A program made the position numbers and the translations under genes. Source: the human T2T-CHM13v2.0 reference genome, Homo sapiens. Taken from it: a stretch of DNA of 64,000 nt. Under the pieces are notes generated by a model. The model did no database searches. It had not been told where the DNA came from and saw only the letters and a program-made list of their open reading frames with translations. The DNA lies in assembly GCF_009914755.1 (NCBI RefSeq), contig NC_060935.1. One strand, written 5' to 3'. Below are positions 13,210 to 27,964 of this stretch, one piece after another; position 1 is the first letter of the stretch; every line of letters begins with the position of its first letter.

Positions 13210-15370
13210 TACCTTTTTATTTGGAAATAGTTTCAAACTTACAGAAAAGTTGCAAGAATAAAAATAGTGTACCAGTACATCCTTTACCTAGACTCACCTG
13301 TTGTTAATATGTTCATCTCATTTGCTTTATCATTTCTCCTCTCTCCTCTCTCTCTCTCTCCCTCTCTTGAAACACACACACACACACATACACACACACA
13401 CACACAGAGACAACTTTTTTCTCAACTATTTAAGTTACATATATAATGGCTCTTTGATGCAGGAGTTTTTCTCCACCCCTTCATCAGACTTGCGATAGGC
13501 GTGCCCTGTTCACTCGGCCCGCCATGCTCAAGCTCTTCTTGCGAGGAACGCGTGGGTGAACAAGTGCAGGATCTGGCCGGCTGCTTTGGGCAGCGGCAAG
13601 AGTAGGCTCCCTGCAGGCCCTGCAGCAGTGCCCAGGTGGGAATGCCTGTGACCCCCAAAGCCCCAGAGGGCATGTTACAATGCTCTCTTAGCTCCGGTGT
13701 CTGTGGACAGTGGTGTGTTGTCAGCTCAGTGGGCCTCTCGCCTCATCGCATGGGGAGGCTGCCCTCCACCAGTGAGGGCAAAGGGCCAGTGTGACAGCCT
13801 TTTTTGGGTACCATCACTCAGTGGGTCCCGAGCTCTTGTTCAGCATCCAAGAAGAATGAGGTCGCACAGATACTTGAAGGATGGTGGAGGTGGAGAATTG
13901 TATTTATTGATGGAGATGGCTCTCAGTGGAGAGGGGAGCTGGAGAGGGGACGGGACAAGCAGATAATCTTCCCTGAGATCTGGCGTTCTCCAGCCGGCTC
14001 TTCTCTGAAGTTAATCTCTCCTCTGAAGTCCAGCTCTCCCTCTGAAGTCAAGTCGCCTCTCTCCAGTCAAGCTGCTTCTCTCCTCTACCGACTGAGTCTG
14101 GGGTCTATATAGGCACAGGATGGCGGGGGGTGGAGTGGGCCATAGGTAGTTTTAGAGAAGGCAACATTGGATTGGTAAAAAGACATTAATCAGAAAGAAT
14201 CAATGGGGAGAGAGTGGGCAAACAGGGATAGAAGTTCTCACTTTGGGCAGAGGGTTGCAGGGTTTTTGGCTGGAAGGTGGGGTTTTGCCAGGGACCCACC
14301 CCTGTCTGCCTAGAATTTCTCTTCTTCCTGCCTCTATCACTTTACTCCTAAATATTTCAGGGTGCATTTCCTAATAATAGGGACATTCTCTTACATAAAC
14401 ACAGTACAATTACCAATTTCAGTAACATTTACATTAACACCTAATACTTTTTAACTAATCTATCCGTTCATATTCTGACTTTATCACTTGACCCAATGAT
14501 GCCCTTTGTAGAATTTGTTCCCTCCAGCACTGGACTGAGTACAGGGGCCAGGTGCTGGATTTAGCTGTCAGGTCTCCTTAGCCTTCTTTAACCTGAAACA
14601 TTCCCACAGCCTTCTTTATTATTCATGACATGAACATTTTCAAAGAATACAGTCCACACTCCCCCCCCATCAACTTTTAAAACTAGAATGTTCATCATTT
14701 TGGGTTTGTCTAATGATTTGTCTCATAATTAGACATGTTATATATTCTCAGCAGAACTACTAAAAAGAGTGATCCTCTCTGTCCTTTTCAGATATCACAT
14801 CTGGAGGCCTGAGATGCTCATCTGCCCCACATAGATCACCTGGTCAAGGTGCTATCCAATTTCTCTACTGTGTAATTAGCGTTTTTCCTTCTCATAGCTA
14901 GTGAGGAATATATGGGAAGGTACTTGAAGACCATCCAAATATCCATATCTTGTTCTTTGTTTCTCTGTTGAAATTTAGCATCTATTGATAATGCTTGCTT
15001 GATTCTATCTTAACTGTCACAGTTGCAAAATGATTTTTCCAGCTCTCATGCTGTCTTCCCATTTACCAGTTGGCATCCAAGATTCTGCTGTAAACACGAG
15101 TCCTTCCTTCTCCCTCATTTATTTATCACTGGAATAAACTCATGAATTCTGCCCCCTGCCATGCTTAAAACTCATTACTATCCTTAATTCGTTACTGTCC
15201 TTAATTGTTTTGATAATCAAATTGTCTTAGATTTGGCTATTGAGAGCCCCTTTAAGCTGGCTCCTTTGTCTTTATGACATGTTTACATCATTTTTTTCAT
15301 TTCATTTCATTTATTTATTTAGTTTTTACTATTTCCTTACTTTCTGGAATAACAAGATGTTGCAGACTTA
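13210..15370 (-). mobile_element. Old L1MC fragment split by an LTR insertion
   Basis: tttcaaacttacagaaaagttgcaagaata signature. Resumes after 14340 (ggacattctcttacataaacacagtac). Confidence 0.7.
13455..14339 (-). mobile_element. ERV1 solo LTR (LTR1/LTR27/LTR28-like)
   Basis: TG...CA termini. The minus strand starts TGATAGAGGCAGGAAG...CTAGGCAGACAGGGG. TATA-like CTATATAG near 14105 and AATAAA near 13905 on the minus strand. Confidence 0.75.
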
Positions 15371-15625
15371 TCTTCTATCTTCCTTGCCCCTTCCCTGCAA
15401 ATTCCTGGGTTTTACTTCCTACTTTGATGTTGATTTACCATTTATTCTTAAAATTATAGAAAACCTCATCTCCCCTATTTATTTACTTACTGGCCCTCTC
15501 TCTTAGCTACTCATGCCATAAATATTTGTTCCTGCTTTTCCACATGCATGACATTGGCCTAAATGCTGTGAGCGATGATAAAGAACTTAAAGGCTAGTTT
15601 CAGAAAAGGCCTTCTTCTCAAATCA

Positions 15626-16256
<631 letters not shown>

Positions 16257-18135
16257 CTATGTGCCAGGCAGGTGCTACAGTCTGGCAAGGGTAAACCAGA
16301 GACAGTGTCCCTGATTTTGTGGAACTCAGGGTTCAGGGTTTAGCAGCAATGTTCTATTGAAGTCAGGGGACAACAAAGGAAGAGGAGTTGCTTGATGAAT
16401 GTGTAGATTCCTGGGTCCCATCCAAGAGATCCTGATTCTGTAGATTTGCAGTTTGGTCCAGGAGCCAGCATATTAATAGTTTATCCTATTAATTAGAAGA
16501 TTTCTAGTACTTGAGAATGATTGGATGAGCAGCTGTAAATTGGAGAGATTGAGGGGGCTACCTGGAAGAGGCGGGGCTTGAGCTGAGGGTCCAAGGTCAA
16601 GTCACAGGTCAGCAATGTCCACAGGGCCCAGATCTTGTAGAAACTGGCAATTAAGGGCACCCCACCAGAAAGTGACAGCATCAAAATTTAAACCCTTCAC
16701 TGGCTGGCCTCCAGCCAACACCCATACACAAACTGGGCTCACTGAAATACTCATGCTGCAAGTCAAGGTCCCCAAGTCTTTGCTCTTCCAGGTCCAAGGC
16801 CATTTCAAATGTCTCTTTCTCTTTACTCCAGACAGATATGCTTGGGCCAATTTAATTGTTCCCTTATCTGCGTTTCCAGAGCACTTTTTACATTGCTTTA
16901 TTGTGGTGCTAATCCTATATCATTGTGCTTTGTTTACATTTCTGCCTAAACTCAAATATCCCCAAATAATCTGGGACGGAAGGTGTTCATTCTCCCTCTT
17001 TTGCAGATGGGAAACCTGCTGTTCAGTGAGGTGAGACTTCGAGAGAGCAGCAGGGCACAGGGTGAAGCGCCTTGGTTAAAGCGACTGCTGTCACTTCTCA
17101 GCTGCAGGACCTTAGGAAGTTAGTTACTTAACCATCTGTGCTTCATTTTCCTTGGCAGCACAATGCAGGTGATAAGAAGTAGAAACTGCCACCGAGGCAG
17201 GTTATGTGGCCTCAAGGAGTTAATGTATGTAAAACTAGAAGAGTGCCTGGCAAATGGTAAGTGCTATGTAAATGGTTATTAAGCAATTAAAGTCATGTCC
17301 ACTGGAATTCAAATCCAAGTCTTCAGATGATAAATCTCCTAGATGCTTGTTCTATTTTAACTTTGTAGGACTCCAAGTTTTCCTGAAAAGTAGTAGTTAT
17401 TTTAGAAGCAGCAATAAAAGGAAGCTGGTTTGGGGCAAAAGACATTCAAGAGATAAGAGGATGCAAAATGTTCCAGCCAACTGCTTTAATGAAGGCACGG
17501 ACCAGGGAAGAGAGCAGATGTCAGTTCTCCTGACCCTAGGTCTAGAGCACACACAGTAACACATTCATGCAAGGACCACCAGGGTAGACCTTGGGAGCTG
17601 GTCCCACTGAGTCCCTTTACATGTCTTTCCTCTTAAGTCAGTTGTGGGTTAGATATTTGGGCCCCTGGGGTGACGTGCTACAAAGACTGCCTGCGCATCC
17701 ACAATTCTGCAAGATGGTGCCATTGACAAATGGAAAAGGTTAATTATTGCTTTGTTGAGCATGACAAAAATATTGGCTGATTTCTTGAATCTTAATGTGT
17801 GTTGTGCTACAATGGGGATTAAGAATAAAGTTTAGATTTCCAAAGCAATGATCATTTGTATTTTTACTTAATACTGCTTATAAGATAATTGCATAGATAA
17901 AATCTATTACCATTACTATTATTACTGTAAATATGGTTTAAAATGGTGAATTAAATTGTGATTGATTTTGAAGATGATGTGCAGAACAAATGAGTGATGA
18001 ATGTATGTGAAAGTTTTCAGTTTAGGAACCAAGGGTAGACAGTATCTACATGTGGAAGAGTTTCAGTGATTAACCTTTGCATCAAATATTAATAACTTAG
18101 AATGCTTGATCTTCCTAACTGGGAGATATTTTAGA

Positions 18136-18640
18136 ATAGCCATTCTCAAACTTGAGCATGCGTCAGAATCATCTTTAAGGCATATTAAAACACAGGTGGG
18201 GCACGGTGGCTCATGTCTATAACCCAACACTTTGGGAGGCCAATGCAGGTGGATTACTTGAGTCCAGGAGTTCAAGACCAGCCTGAGCAACATGGGGAAA
18301 CCCAATCTCTACCAAAAAGATAAAAATTAGCTGGGCGTGGTGGTGTGAGCCTGTAGTCTCAGCTACTACAGAGGCTGAGGTGGGAGGATTGCTTGAGCCC
18401 AAGAAGTCAAGGCTGCAGCGAGCCAGGATCATAACACTGCACTCCAGCCTGGGGGACAGAGAGAGATCTTGTCTCAAAACAAAGAAACAAACAAACAACC
18501 CACAAATTGCTGAACCCCATCCCCAGATTTTCTGATTTAGGGTATCTGGGGTGGGGCCCATGAATCTGTTTCTTTATTATAATAAGTTACCAGGTGATGT
18601 TGATTCTGCTGGTCCCCAGAGAGTTTGAGAACCACTGACT
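18136..18640. mobile_element. MER5A interrupted by an AluJ (18196-18499, +)
   Basis: ttctcaaacttgagcatgcgtcagaatc...[Alu]...tttgagaaccactg. Confidence 0.85.
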
Positions 18641-19063
18641 TAGAACAAACATCCCCTCGCTGGTAATGCCTTTCCATCACCTGAGCTGGAATGCAATGTA
18701 ACTGGATTTGTTTTAAATAGGCCACCTTAAGCAGTCAAATTTCCCAACTACTTGTAGCATTTTACAGACCAAGAGAGCCATCACTTCATTATTTCTCCTC
18801 TAGAAGAAAAAAAATCATTTGTCTCTCTGTCCAGGGATTTAAAAAAATTAAAAATAACAAAGATCACAAACCTTAGGAAGATTTAAAGGAATCTTATAGT
18901 TAACATGCAGCCTTAGCTGCATGTTTCTTGTGTCTTAATAACTGAACACATTTAGACTTCTTGCATTTCCGAGTACTCTAAGGAAATCATTGAAAAGCAT
19001 ATTCTTCTTCATCTAGGTTTGTCCTACGTCGGGACCCTCCTGGGCTAGCGCGCTTTAAGGTGA

Positions 19064-19082
19064 TGGCCAGAAGGTGGCGCTC
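19064..19082 (+). promoter_or_regulatory. CTCF motif
   Basis: TGGCCAGAAGGTGGCGCTC closely matches the CTCF core (CCASYAGRKGGCRC) and sits in a small CpG-retaining patch. Confidence 0.75.
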
Positions 19083-19594
19083 TGCATCAGTTCATGGGGG
19101 CGGCCTGACTCCGGGGAAGGCAAACACACAAACCAAGGTGCCTGCTTTAAATCCGCAAAGTAAAGGTCCTCTTAACCACTTGTCATAAAACACCCTGAGA
19201 CACCCGTCTTGGAAAATCGAAGTGTCAAGCTCAGCATCTTTGCCACATTTCAAACTAGGTAATTACCTTCTCTCCCAAAGGGAATCTGCTTTATGTATTT
19301 GTGTCCTTTCTAGGTTACAAGTTTCCCAAAGGCAATGATCTTGCCTTCCACTCACTCCATACAATGCTGAAGTGAAATGCATATTGTACAATAACAATTT
19401 AATTATTCTACATTCCTCTGAGCTACATGATGACCTGTTACATAATTGCCAGTAATATAGAAATGTGCCTGCCTCATACAAACCCTTGCAATACACAGAA
19501 GTTTTTATTTGACCTAAGAGTAAATTGCTTATTTGCTTCTCCTTTAGAAAAGAAAAAGCAGAGCATTTCCCCGCCATCCCAAATTATAAGTCGT

Positions 19595-19636
19595 AATCAA
19601 ATAAACAACACTGTATTTCAGTCTGTCATTTTTATT
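19595..19636 (-). terminator. Polyadenylation signal of LMO2
   Basis: AATAAA on the minus strand (TTTATT at 19631-19636), a CA about 19 nt downstream (19613-19612), then GU-rich GTGTTGTTTATTTG. Confidence 0.75.
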
Positions 19637-20396
19637 AAGCCTGCAGAGCTGTTTTTTTTTTCTACACACGACAAATACTTTGATATAATCTAGGATAATA
19701 AAATAGTTGAACAACTTTTTAAGATTTATATTTGTATAGAAACAATCTGTGGAACTCCTCCCCTCAAAATGAAGGTGTCTAAAAACAGTGATTCATCAGC
19801 ATTGCTTTAAATAATTGTTTGGTTAAAAGTTGTGGTTTCCATTCTCAACCGAAATGCGTCTCCATGCAGTTTTCCTTGGGTCCAAAGCTTAAGGCCTTGG
19901 GAAGGGGGCCAAGAAAAAAAGAATGGCCACTCTCCTTTCTGTCCTTCCCTTGTGTGGAGGACAGTGATTGAAACAGGGGAGTTAAAAAGCCAGGAAGAAA
20001 AGAAATCAATTGCACATCTCTAGTTCGCAAGCGTCAAAGTCACAACAAGTCTGTACACAACAACTCTCTATCTGTAGATATGAAATTCCATCATGATAGC
20101 ACAGCGCCTGCTTGCCCCTAAATGTTCCTTTCTTCTGCTAATCATGTCAGTTACTATGGATGGGCTGTGGCCATAAGTTCTCCCTCAAGGGCTGGTCCTT
20201 CTGTCACCTTGAAGTGTCAGCCCCTGAATTATGCCACTTGGATGCTATGTCTTGATACCCAATAAAGGTCTACCATCCCCTAAGAAATCCCTTACCCCAC
20301 CCTCAAACCCCCAAAGTGCCTAAGAGTGAAGACGAAGATGCCATGGAGACGGCGTCTTCAGTGAACACCTCCCCAAAGATGCCCGGGGACTCGGGC
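19612..20396 (-). other. LMO2: LMO2 3' UTR
   Basis: Repeat-free segment between the stop codon and the polyA signal. Confidence 0.85.
20145..20152 (-). promoter_or_regulatory. miR-223-3p 8mer target site
   Basis: AACTGACA on the mRNA strand (TGTCAGTT on +) is complementary to the miR-223 seed. LMO2 is an established miR-223 target. Confidence 0.85.
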
Positions 20397-20616
20397 CTAT
20401 ATCATCCCATTGATCTTAGTCCACTCGTAGATGTCCTGTTCGCACACTATGTCAGAGTTGATGAGGAGGTATCTGTCACCTACACAGAAATGCTTCTGAC
20501 AGGCGGCGCACTTGAAACATTCCAGGTGATACACTTTGTCTTTCACCCGCATTGTCATCTCATAGGCACGAATCCGCTTGTCACAGGATGCGCAGAGACC
20601 GTCTTGCCCAAAAAGC
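20397..20616 (-). CDS. LMO2: LMO2 last coding exon (exon 6), LIM2 domain
   Basis: Acceptor ttctttcttttgccccAG|G at 20617/20616. Reads (R)[72 protein letters not shown], then TAG at 20399-20397. Confidence 0.99.
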
Positions 20617-21444
20617 CTGGGGCAAAAGAAAGAAAAGCTAAGAAGACAGTGAAAGGGACAATCCTGGAAGACAGGGCTCGGGGATGAGCCCTAGAAAGGA
20701 GGCCGAACTTTCAGGATGTCAGGAAGCCAGGGAAGGTCGGCTCCAGAAGGAGGGCCGGCTAGTGCAGTCTTCACCAGCAGGCAGAGGGAACTCAGATGAA
20801 ACTGGCATTTGGATCTGGCATAACTCCTCCCTTTTCTGAGCCCTCTCCTTGTCTGCAGCAACCGCTCATCATTCCCCTAGGCTGCCCCCTGGCTCCTCCT
20901 CTGTGGGCAAGGCTCTCAGCTGATGTGATCTATCATAAGGAGTTAGGCAAGTATTACCTGTCCCCTCCCAGGGGAACCCTCATTTCAGAAGAGCAGCTGG
21001 AGAGAGACCCTAGGGGCCCCTTTGAGAGGGTACTGACCAGGAATGCAATAAAACGGGCATTCTTCTGAGGCTCCCAAACTCTATCATGTCAACAGCCACT
21101 GATTCTACCCATGGGGAGAGCTGGCCTTGAATACCTCCATAAGCTGCAAAGCACATCTCCCCCTGATTATTCGCTGGGGCCCCAGCTGCTGGGAGACAGG
21201 GAGTTCCACAGAAAACACGCGGTGCAGCTAATCGTGCCTCTGAGATATGGAGGACCAACAGCATCTCTCCACCATGAAGGGAGGATCTTAATTCATGGCC
21301 CTCGCTGCCCACTGGCATGAATCAAAAGGGAAACTTCTTTTCTGACATTTAAATCAAGACTCTCCCAAGCCTCAGTTGATCAGTCACTTATTTCAGGCAG
21401 TATTCAGTGTCAAGGTGGGAGACAGAACATGGCAGGGCTCAGTG

Positions 21445-21966
<522 letters not shown>

Positions 21967-23079
21967 ACAGCAAAAGTGCAGTAACACAAGTACCGGAAGC
22001 AGAGAAGACCCAGCTTCAATGTCCCGGACCAGCCCTGAGTGACCCTGGAGAGACCTCTGATTCTCTGAGCCTCAGTGAAATGGCAGCCATCATAGGCTCC
22101 ACCTCACTCAGCTGTTAAAACAACCAAACGAAGCATGTCAGGGCACCCATGGTCAAGGGCTAAGCCAACGCTGGTTATGTTTTAACACATCTTGGGTGTA
22201 TTCCCAGCTGCGCCAGTCTTGCTGCAGGAAGTAATTTTCACTCGTGGCTGAAAACATAGCATGTTAGCAGGTGGTTTCTACATAAAACCTTTAGGACAGT
22301 TTTAGGTGAATGCTTGCTCTTATTGGAAGTTCTGGTTGATTTCAGGATATCAGAGAATCAGTGGGTACATTCTGAGAGGTTGTAGGGGACCTAAGGGCAG
22401 TTGACACATTTTGCAATATTTGGGCGAGATTAATGGAATTGACAAGAGGTGGTCTGTGAGTGGAGAGCTCATTGTTCGGGCCAGGGCCAGCTAATTTGCC
22501 TCTGAATCCTGCTTTCCATTTGAAGATCTCTGAGTGTTTTCAAAGCACCGCCTGGGAGCAAACTCATTACTGGGGGGAGAACATTTTATCCCAACGTAGC
22601 AGATGGTGGAGCTGCAGGTAACCGCCACATTGGAGGTCACAGAGTGGAAAGACAGTTCTGGTTTCCTGACTGCTCTGTAAGTTAAGTTTGGGCCTGAGCA
22701 AGGATGAACGACTGAGAAAACAGTGTGCATGGAATGAATCCAACTGCCTGGGGTGTGCGATCCTTAAGGAAGGAGGGAGCTTATTAAAGGGAAGTCAGGG
22801 GGTAAATTACAACCCACATCAGGCAGCTATGAAGGGAAGGACAAAGGACGAATATGTGGGAGACAAGTTCAGGTCCCAGCATGACCTCTAACTTGCCAGG
22901 TGACCTGAGCAAATGGAGTCCCCTGTACAGGCTTCTGTGACTTAAGCCGTAAAGCAAGGGAACTGAAAAAGAAGGTCTCTGTAGCCCCTTCCAGCTCTGG
23001 GATTCGGAGATTCTAATATTAGTAAAAAATAAGCCGGGACTTGACACCTAACTTGAGCATTAACCTCTGGCACCAAGAA

Positions 23080-23340
23080 TTGGTATCTTAGGCTGGATAT
23101 CCCAGAAGCAGCCCCTGAGGCAAGGATTGATGTGCCAGTGATTTATGAATGAGGCATTCTCAGGAAAAACCTGGAAGGCAGCAGGGGAGGCTGGAGGGAA
23201 GGGGAGGAAGCCAAGCCAAGTTGTATCCTCAGGCAAAGTCCCTCAGAGGGGAGGGACCCTGGAATATAAGTTATGCCTGGCTCCAGGCAAGGCTGCGGGG
23301 CTTGGTACTCCCACCATGTCTGTCACTGGTTAAGGTCCGT
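23080..23340. mobile_element. Old MLT1-like LTR fragment
   Basis: tcttaggctggatatcccagaagcagcccctgaggcaaggatt. Confidence 0.5.
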
Positions 23341-24879
23341 TGGGGGTCTAGTTGGGGCAGGCATACTTCTGGCTCTAACAGATTCAGGTGCTGGCTGTTA
23401 AAAGCAAAACCACTGCCATCACCGCCACCCCACCACTCCCAGCACACAAGAATTAGTGAAAAGGGATCCAAGGAGATCTGGCTCAGCACAGACATGAACA
23501 GCTGCTCTTGGGTTCCCAACAATACAACACAGCAGCAGAGTTGAGGTTCTGCATGGGGGTCTCATGAATATTTGAAGCTAAATGTCGGAAAAGAACTGTA
23601 ACAGGCAACTCAGCCATTGGAAATCCTCACGGGGACAAGTTATCCTAGGGGTGAAGAAGAACTCAAACACATTAGAGGGCCCGTTCAGTTACTCCTCCAA
23701 CTTGCCTTGTTAAAAGATCCTGCCAGATATACTAAGAATGCCAGTAAACAAGACCTTGGCTAAAGGACCATCCCTGACGCAAAAGACAATTTTTCTCCTC
23801 TGTCAAGAGATGTCCCATCTTAAGCTCTCTGCTGCCCATTTTAATAACAATAATATAAATATTAAAGAATGGCTGGAAATGCCTGCACTAATGCAGAGTT
23901 AATTAACATGTTGCCTAGGAATGTGGCAGGGAGAAGAATTATTTCATGTCACCAAGACACAAGTTAATTAACATTGGGTTCTCCCAGACTGTTTTTTTTT
24001 TCCTCTCCTTTTTGAAAATGGAAAGGATTAACAAGCCCAGGCAGCACTGGTTTTATTCCTGAATGTTATATAAAACGGTAGAGATAGGGAGAAGCTGGGG
24101 CTCTTCTGACCTTACTCTATCTGCACTTCAGTTAATAAGATTCAAATGATTTGACAGGGATGGAGTCAAGGGTCCGATGGGAATCATTTACCCGTCTGCC
24201 CTCTCACTGACTTGGCAAACTGGGAGTGAGCAAAACCAGGTCTGTATTTATCCAAGTTCTATTTTCTGTGACTTAAAAAAAAAGAAAACTGACCAAAATT
24301 ATAAGCATGATCATTGCAAAATCCTACTTATTTTCTCGGAACCACCATATCTGCAAGGACTGCAAGAACTTTATCTGGGAATTCAAGGACAAAAAGCTTC
24401 TTCTAACAGTCTTTAGGTAAAGCTTCCTTCACTGTGAAACTGCCTGCAGTTTTTTTGGTTTTGTTTTGTTTCTATAATGTAAAATGCTCTGAGGGCAGGT
24501 TTGGGAGGAAAAGCTGGCCCAGCAGCCAAGGGCGCTGAGGTCTCAACAAGCTTCCATGGGTTGGATGGTCCTGGTGTATCAGGGAAGCATGCTTCACAGA
24601 CCCTCTGCTCCAGGAAAACGGAGAAATACTGACAGCTACACAGTTGAGCAGATCTGACAGTAGAGGGCACAGAGACAGTTACCTCCACAGCAGCTCATCG
24701 GAAACTAGAAACACTAGTACATTCTAGGCAAAGGCTTTCACACAGTGCTGGAAAATTCGGATGGCCAATAGGATGGCCCAGAGCATGGGAGATGTCCTCA
24801 GCTCCTGTCTTACTTGGTGTTGTCGAGTTCCTATTTTACTCTTCCATTCTTCCATCCCTTTGCTCATTAGATTGGAAAA

Positions 24880-25100
24880 TAATGATTATGTAAGAGCAGC
24901 TAACATCTATTTGATCCATACCAAGCCAAGTAGTTTATCTGCATTATTCCATCAAATCCTCCCCACATCCTTAGAGGTAGGTGCTATTATCATCCCCATT
25001 TTACAGATAAGGAAATCGAGGCTTAGGAAGGTTAAATAACTTGCCCAAGGCCACCAAGCTGGGAAGCAATGGTATTGGGACTCAAACCTCCAACTGCCTA
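24880..25100. mobile_element. MIR
   Basis: MIR core tattatcatccccattttacagataaggaaatcgaggctt. Confidence 0.85.
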
Positions 25101-25646
25101 CAGGGCCTTTGCCTTTCTGCTCTTCGAAGACTGCCTTCCTGCTATGAGTCAATGCTTGGAGCTCCATATGCTTTCTATTTTTAAATTTCTCATCATATAA
25201 TACTGGAGTCATACAAAAAAAATTTATAACATACATATATGTTCTGAAGCATTCAAATGAGGTCCTCAGAGCCCACCTCCAAACTTAGAAACACTCCCAG
25301 TCCCTCTGATCCTCCGTGTGTACTCCTCCTCAATCCCATCCCCTAGCTTCTCCCGCTCCCCAAGGGAAGCACTTTTCTGAATTTTGGGTATACAATTCTC
25401 TTGCCTTTAAAGATATTAGTATTTTACCACATAGGAACGTAACCCTGAGAACATGCTTCTCAAACAGGAAGAAATGCCCTCTGCTTCTCAGCACAGGAGC
25501 TGAGACTCAGCCTCTGCAGTCTGACCTCTTTCTATAGGTGGTGTCCGAGCCTGGAGCAGGGTAAGGGGCAACACACACCGACTGCAGATGTCCATGGACC
25601 ACCCAGCCTCCCTTCCGAGGGCCCAGTGGAGTGCCGGGGAGGGTAC

Positions 25647-25862
25647 CTGAGATAGTCTCTCCGGCAGAGCTTCCGGCCCAGTTTGTAGTAGAGGCGCCGC
25701 CCCACCTCACCCAGCCGGCAGCCACAGAGGTCGCAGCTCAGGCAGTCCTCGTGCCAGTACTGGTCGATGGCCTTCAGGAAGTAGCGGTCCCCAATGTTCT
25801 GCTGGCAGCCGCCGCATGTCAGCAGGGATGGGGGGATCTGCAGCACCTCATCCACTGGTTCC
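25647..25862 (-). CDS. LMO2: LMO2 exon 5 (216 nt), LIM1 domain
   Basis: Acceptor ctctccAG|G at 25863/25862 and donor CAG|GTACCC at 25647/25646. Encodes [71 protein letters not shown] with the LIM Cys/His spacing. Confidence 0.99.
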
Positions 25863-25882
25863 CTGGAGAGAAGGCCAAGCAT
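25647..25882 (-). CDS. LMO2: Alternative first coding segment of the short LMO2-S/LMO2-c isoform (151 aa)
   Basis: In-frame intronic ATG at 25882 gives MLGLLSR, fused to EPVDEV. 158-14+7=151 aa, which matches my recollection of the LMO2-c product length. Confidence 0.7.
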
Positions 25883-27381
25883 CAGGGACAGCCTCACCAG
25901 AGTGAGACCAGCACCAAGGGTCCGAGATCGTTTTGGGCCAGACAGGGCATCTCACCTGACTGCCTTTCAGTGACCTAAGGGAGAAGGGACAGGACAACAC
26001 ATCCCTTGGCCAGACTGCAGAGTCCCAACCAACCTTGGGTTAAGATGGGAAAGAGCCAGACCTTACTCCCTAGATGTCTAAGAAGTAAACACAGGGCACC
26101 AAGAGGCATCAAAGGCAATTGCAGGTGGCACTGTGCCCCTGCCCATGCCCAGCACTACCTGGGCACCTCTGGTCTCCTTCTGCTTTTTCCCACTCTCCCC
26201 GCTGACTCTATCTTCACAGATCTCCCTCATTTTCCTCCTCCCATAACCTGGACACCCAAGGGCACTGCCTAACCTCAAAGGACGCACTCTGGACTAAAAG
26301 AGTCGCTCACTGCCAGGGCAGCAGATGACCCAGAGTGCTAAGAATCTGCAAATCCCCAGTGCCATCCTCCCTCCAGCCCTAACCAACTGCACAAAAGCAG
26401 AGGTGAGGAAGAAAGAAGAATGAGACCAAAAATTATTTTAGGTTGCTTTCTCTTTCCAAAATCAAAATTCCATCAGGACATAATAGGAATTCTCCTAATT
26501 TTACTTTTTTACAGAAATTCCATTTTCCATTCTTCCTACTGAAGGAATACTTGGAGGAAAATCCCATATCGTAAGGCCATTGTTACACGAAGGACATCAA
26601 ATAGGCCTTTCTTTCCTTACCTGAACATTTTTATAAGAGTAAAATTGATTTGGATAAAGTTGATTTGAGGAAGAAAATGAAGTGGGGGCAATGATTATTT
26701 CAAAGAGAGTGGAAGGCAATTAAACAGACACTGACATCTCAATCCAGCAATTGTTAATAGGCTGTGACACGTGTTCTTTCGTTAATACGCCATGCATAGC
26801 ATCTCCTGTTCACTTTGCTTCACTGGAATCTGAATACATTTTTACATTTAAAAATAAATAACTTTGCTAAAAGAAAATAAAGGAGTGGAAGGAATTATTC
26901 TAGTGTCCCCCACATGGGACACAGCAAACACTTAATACGTGTTGATTTATAATAATTAGCAAGTGTTCTCTGGAACCTTACTTAAACACAAATCTATTTC
27001 TTAAAAATCTATTATGTTTCAAAAAACAGACCTTCTTCCATCTGTAAAATTCCCAAAGGGAGTTTCCTCCTGGGTACCCTGCAGGTATAAATCCATGTCT
27101 CCTATTTCTAACTGGTACTAACTTACCAGGCGACCTTGTGTCCTAATTGGTCTGTGCCCATAAAGCCCAGCAGCCATTATACTTGGGGACAGGAGGCTAG
27201 GTGGCTCAATGTCTATAACACTCTGACAACTTCAGGTGATCCCGTCATGTGAAGTATGAAGTGTTCCTTATGAATATTTAGGAGTGCTAAAGCCATGCCC
27301 ACACTTTCTAGACACAGTGTAACAGCACTTCATGAGACTATCATCTTTGGAACAAGAAAATGGGAAGCTCAAGTTAGTTTA

Positions 27382-27675
<294 letters not shown>

Positions 27676-27687
27676 TTCAAAACTATA

Positions 27688-27964
<277 letters not shown>

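Noticed and set aside
20316-20687. 123-aa + strand ORF
   Set aside because: Antisense shadow of LMO2 exon 6.
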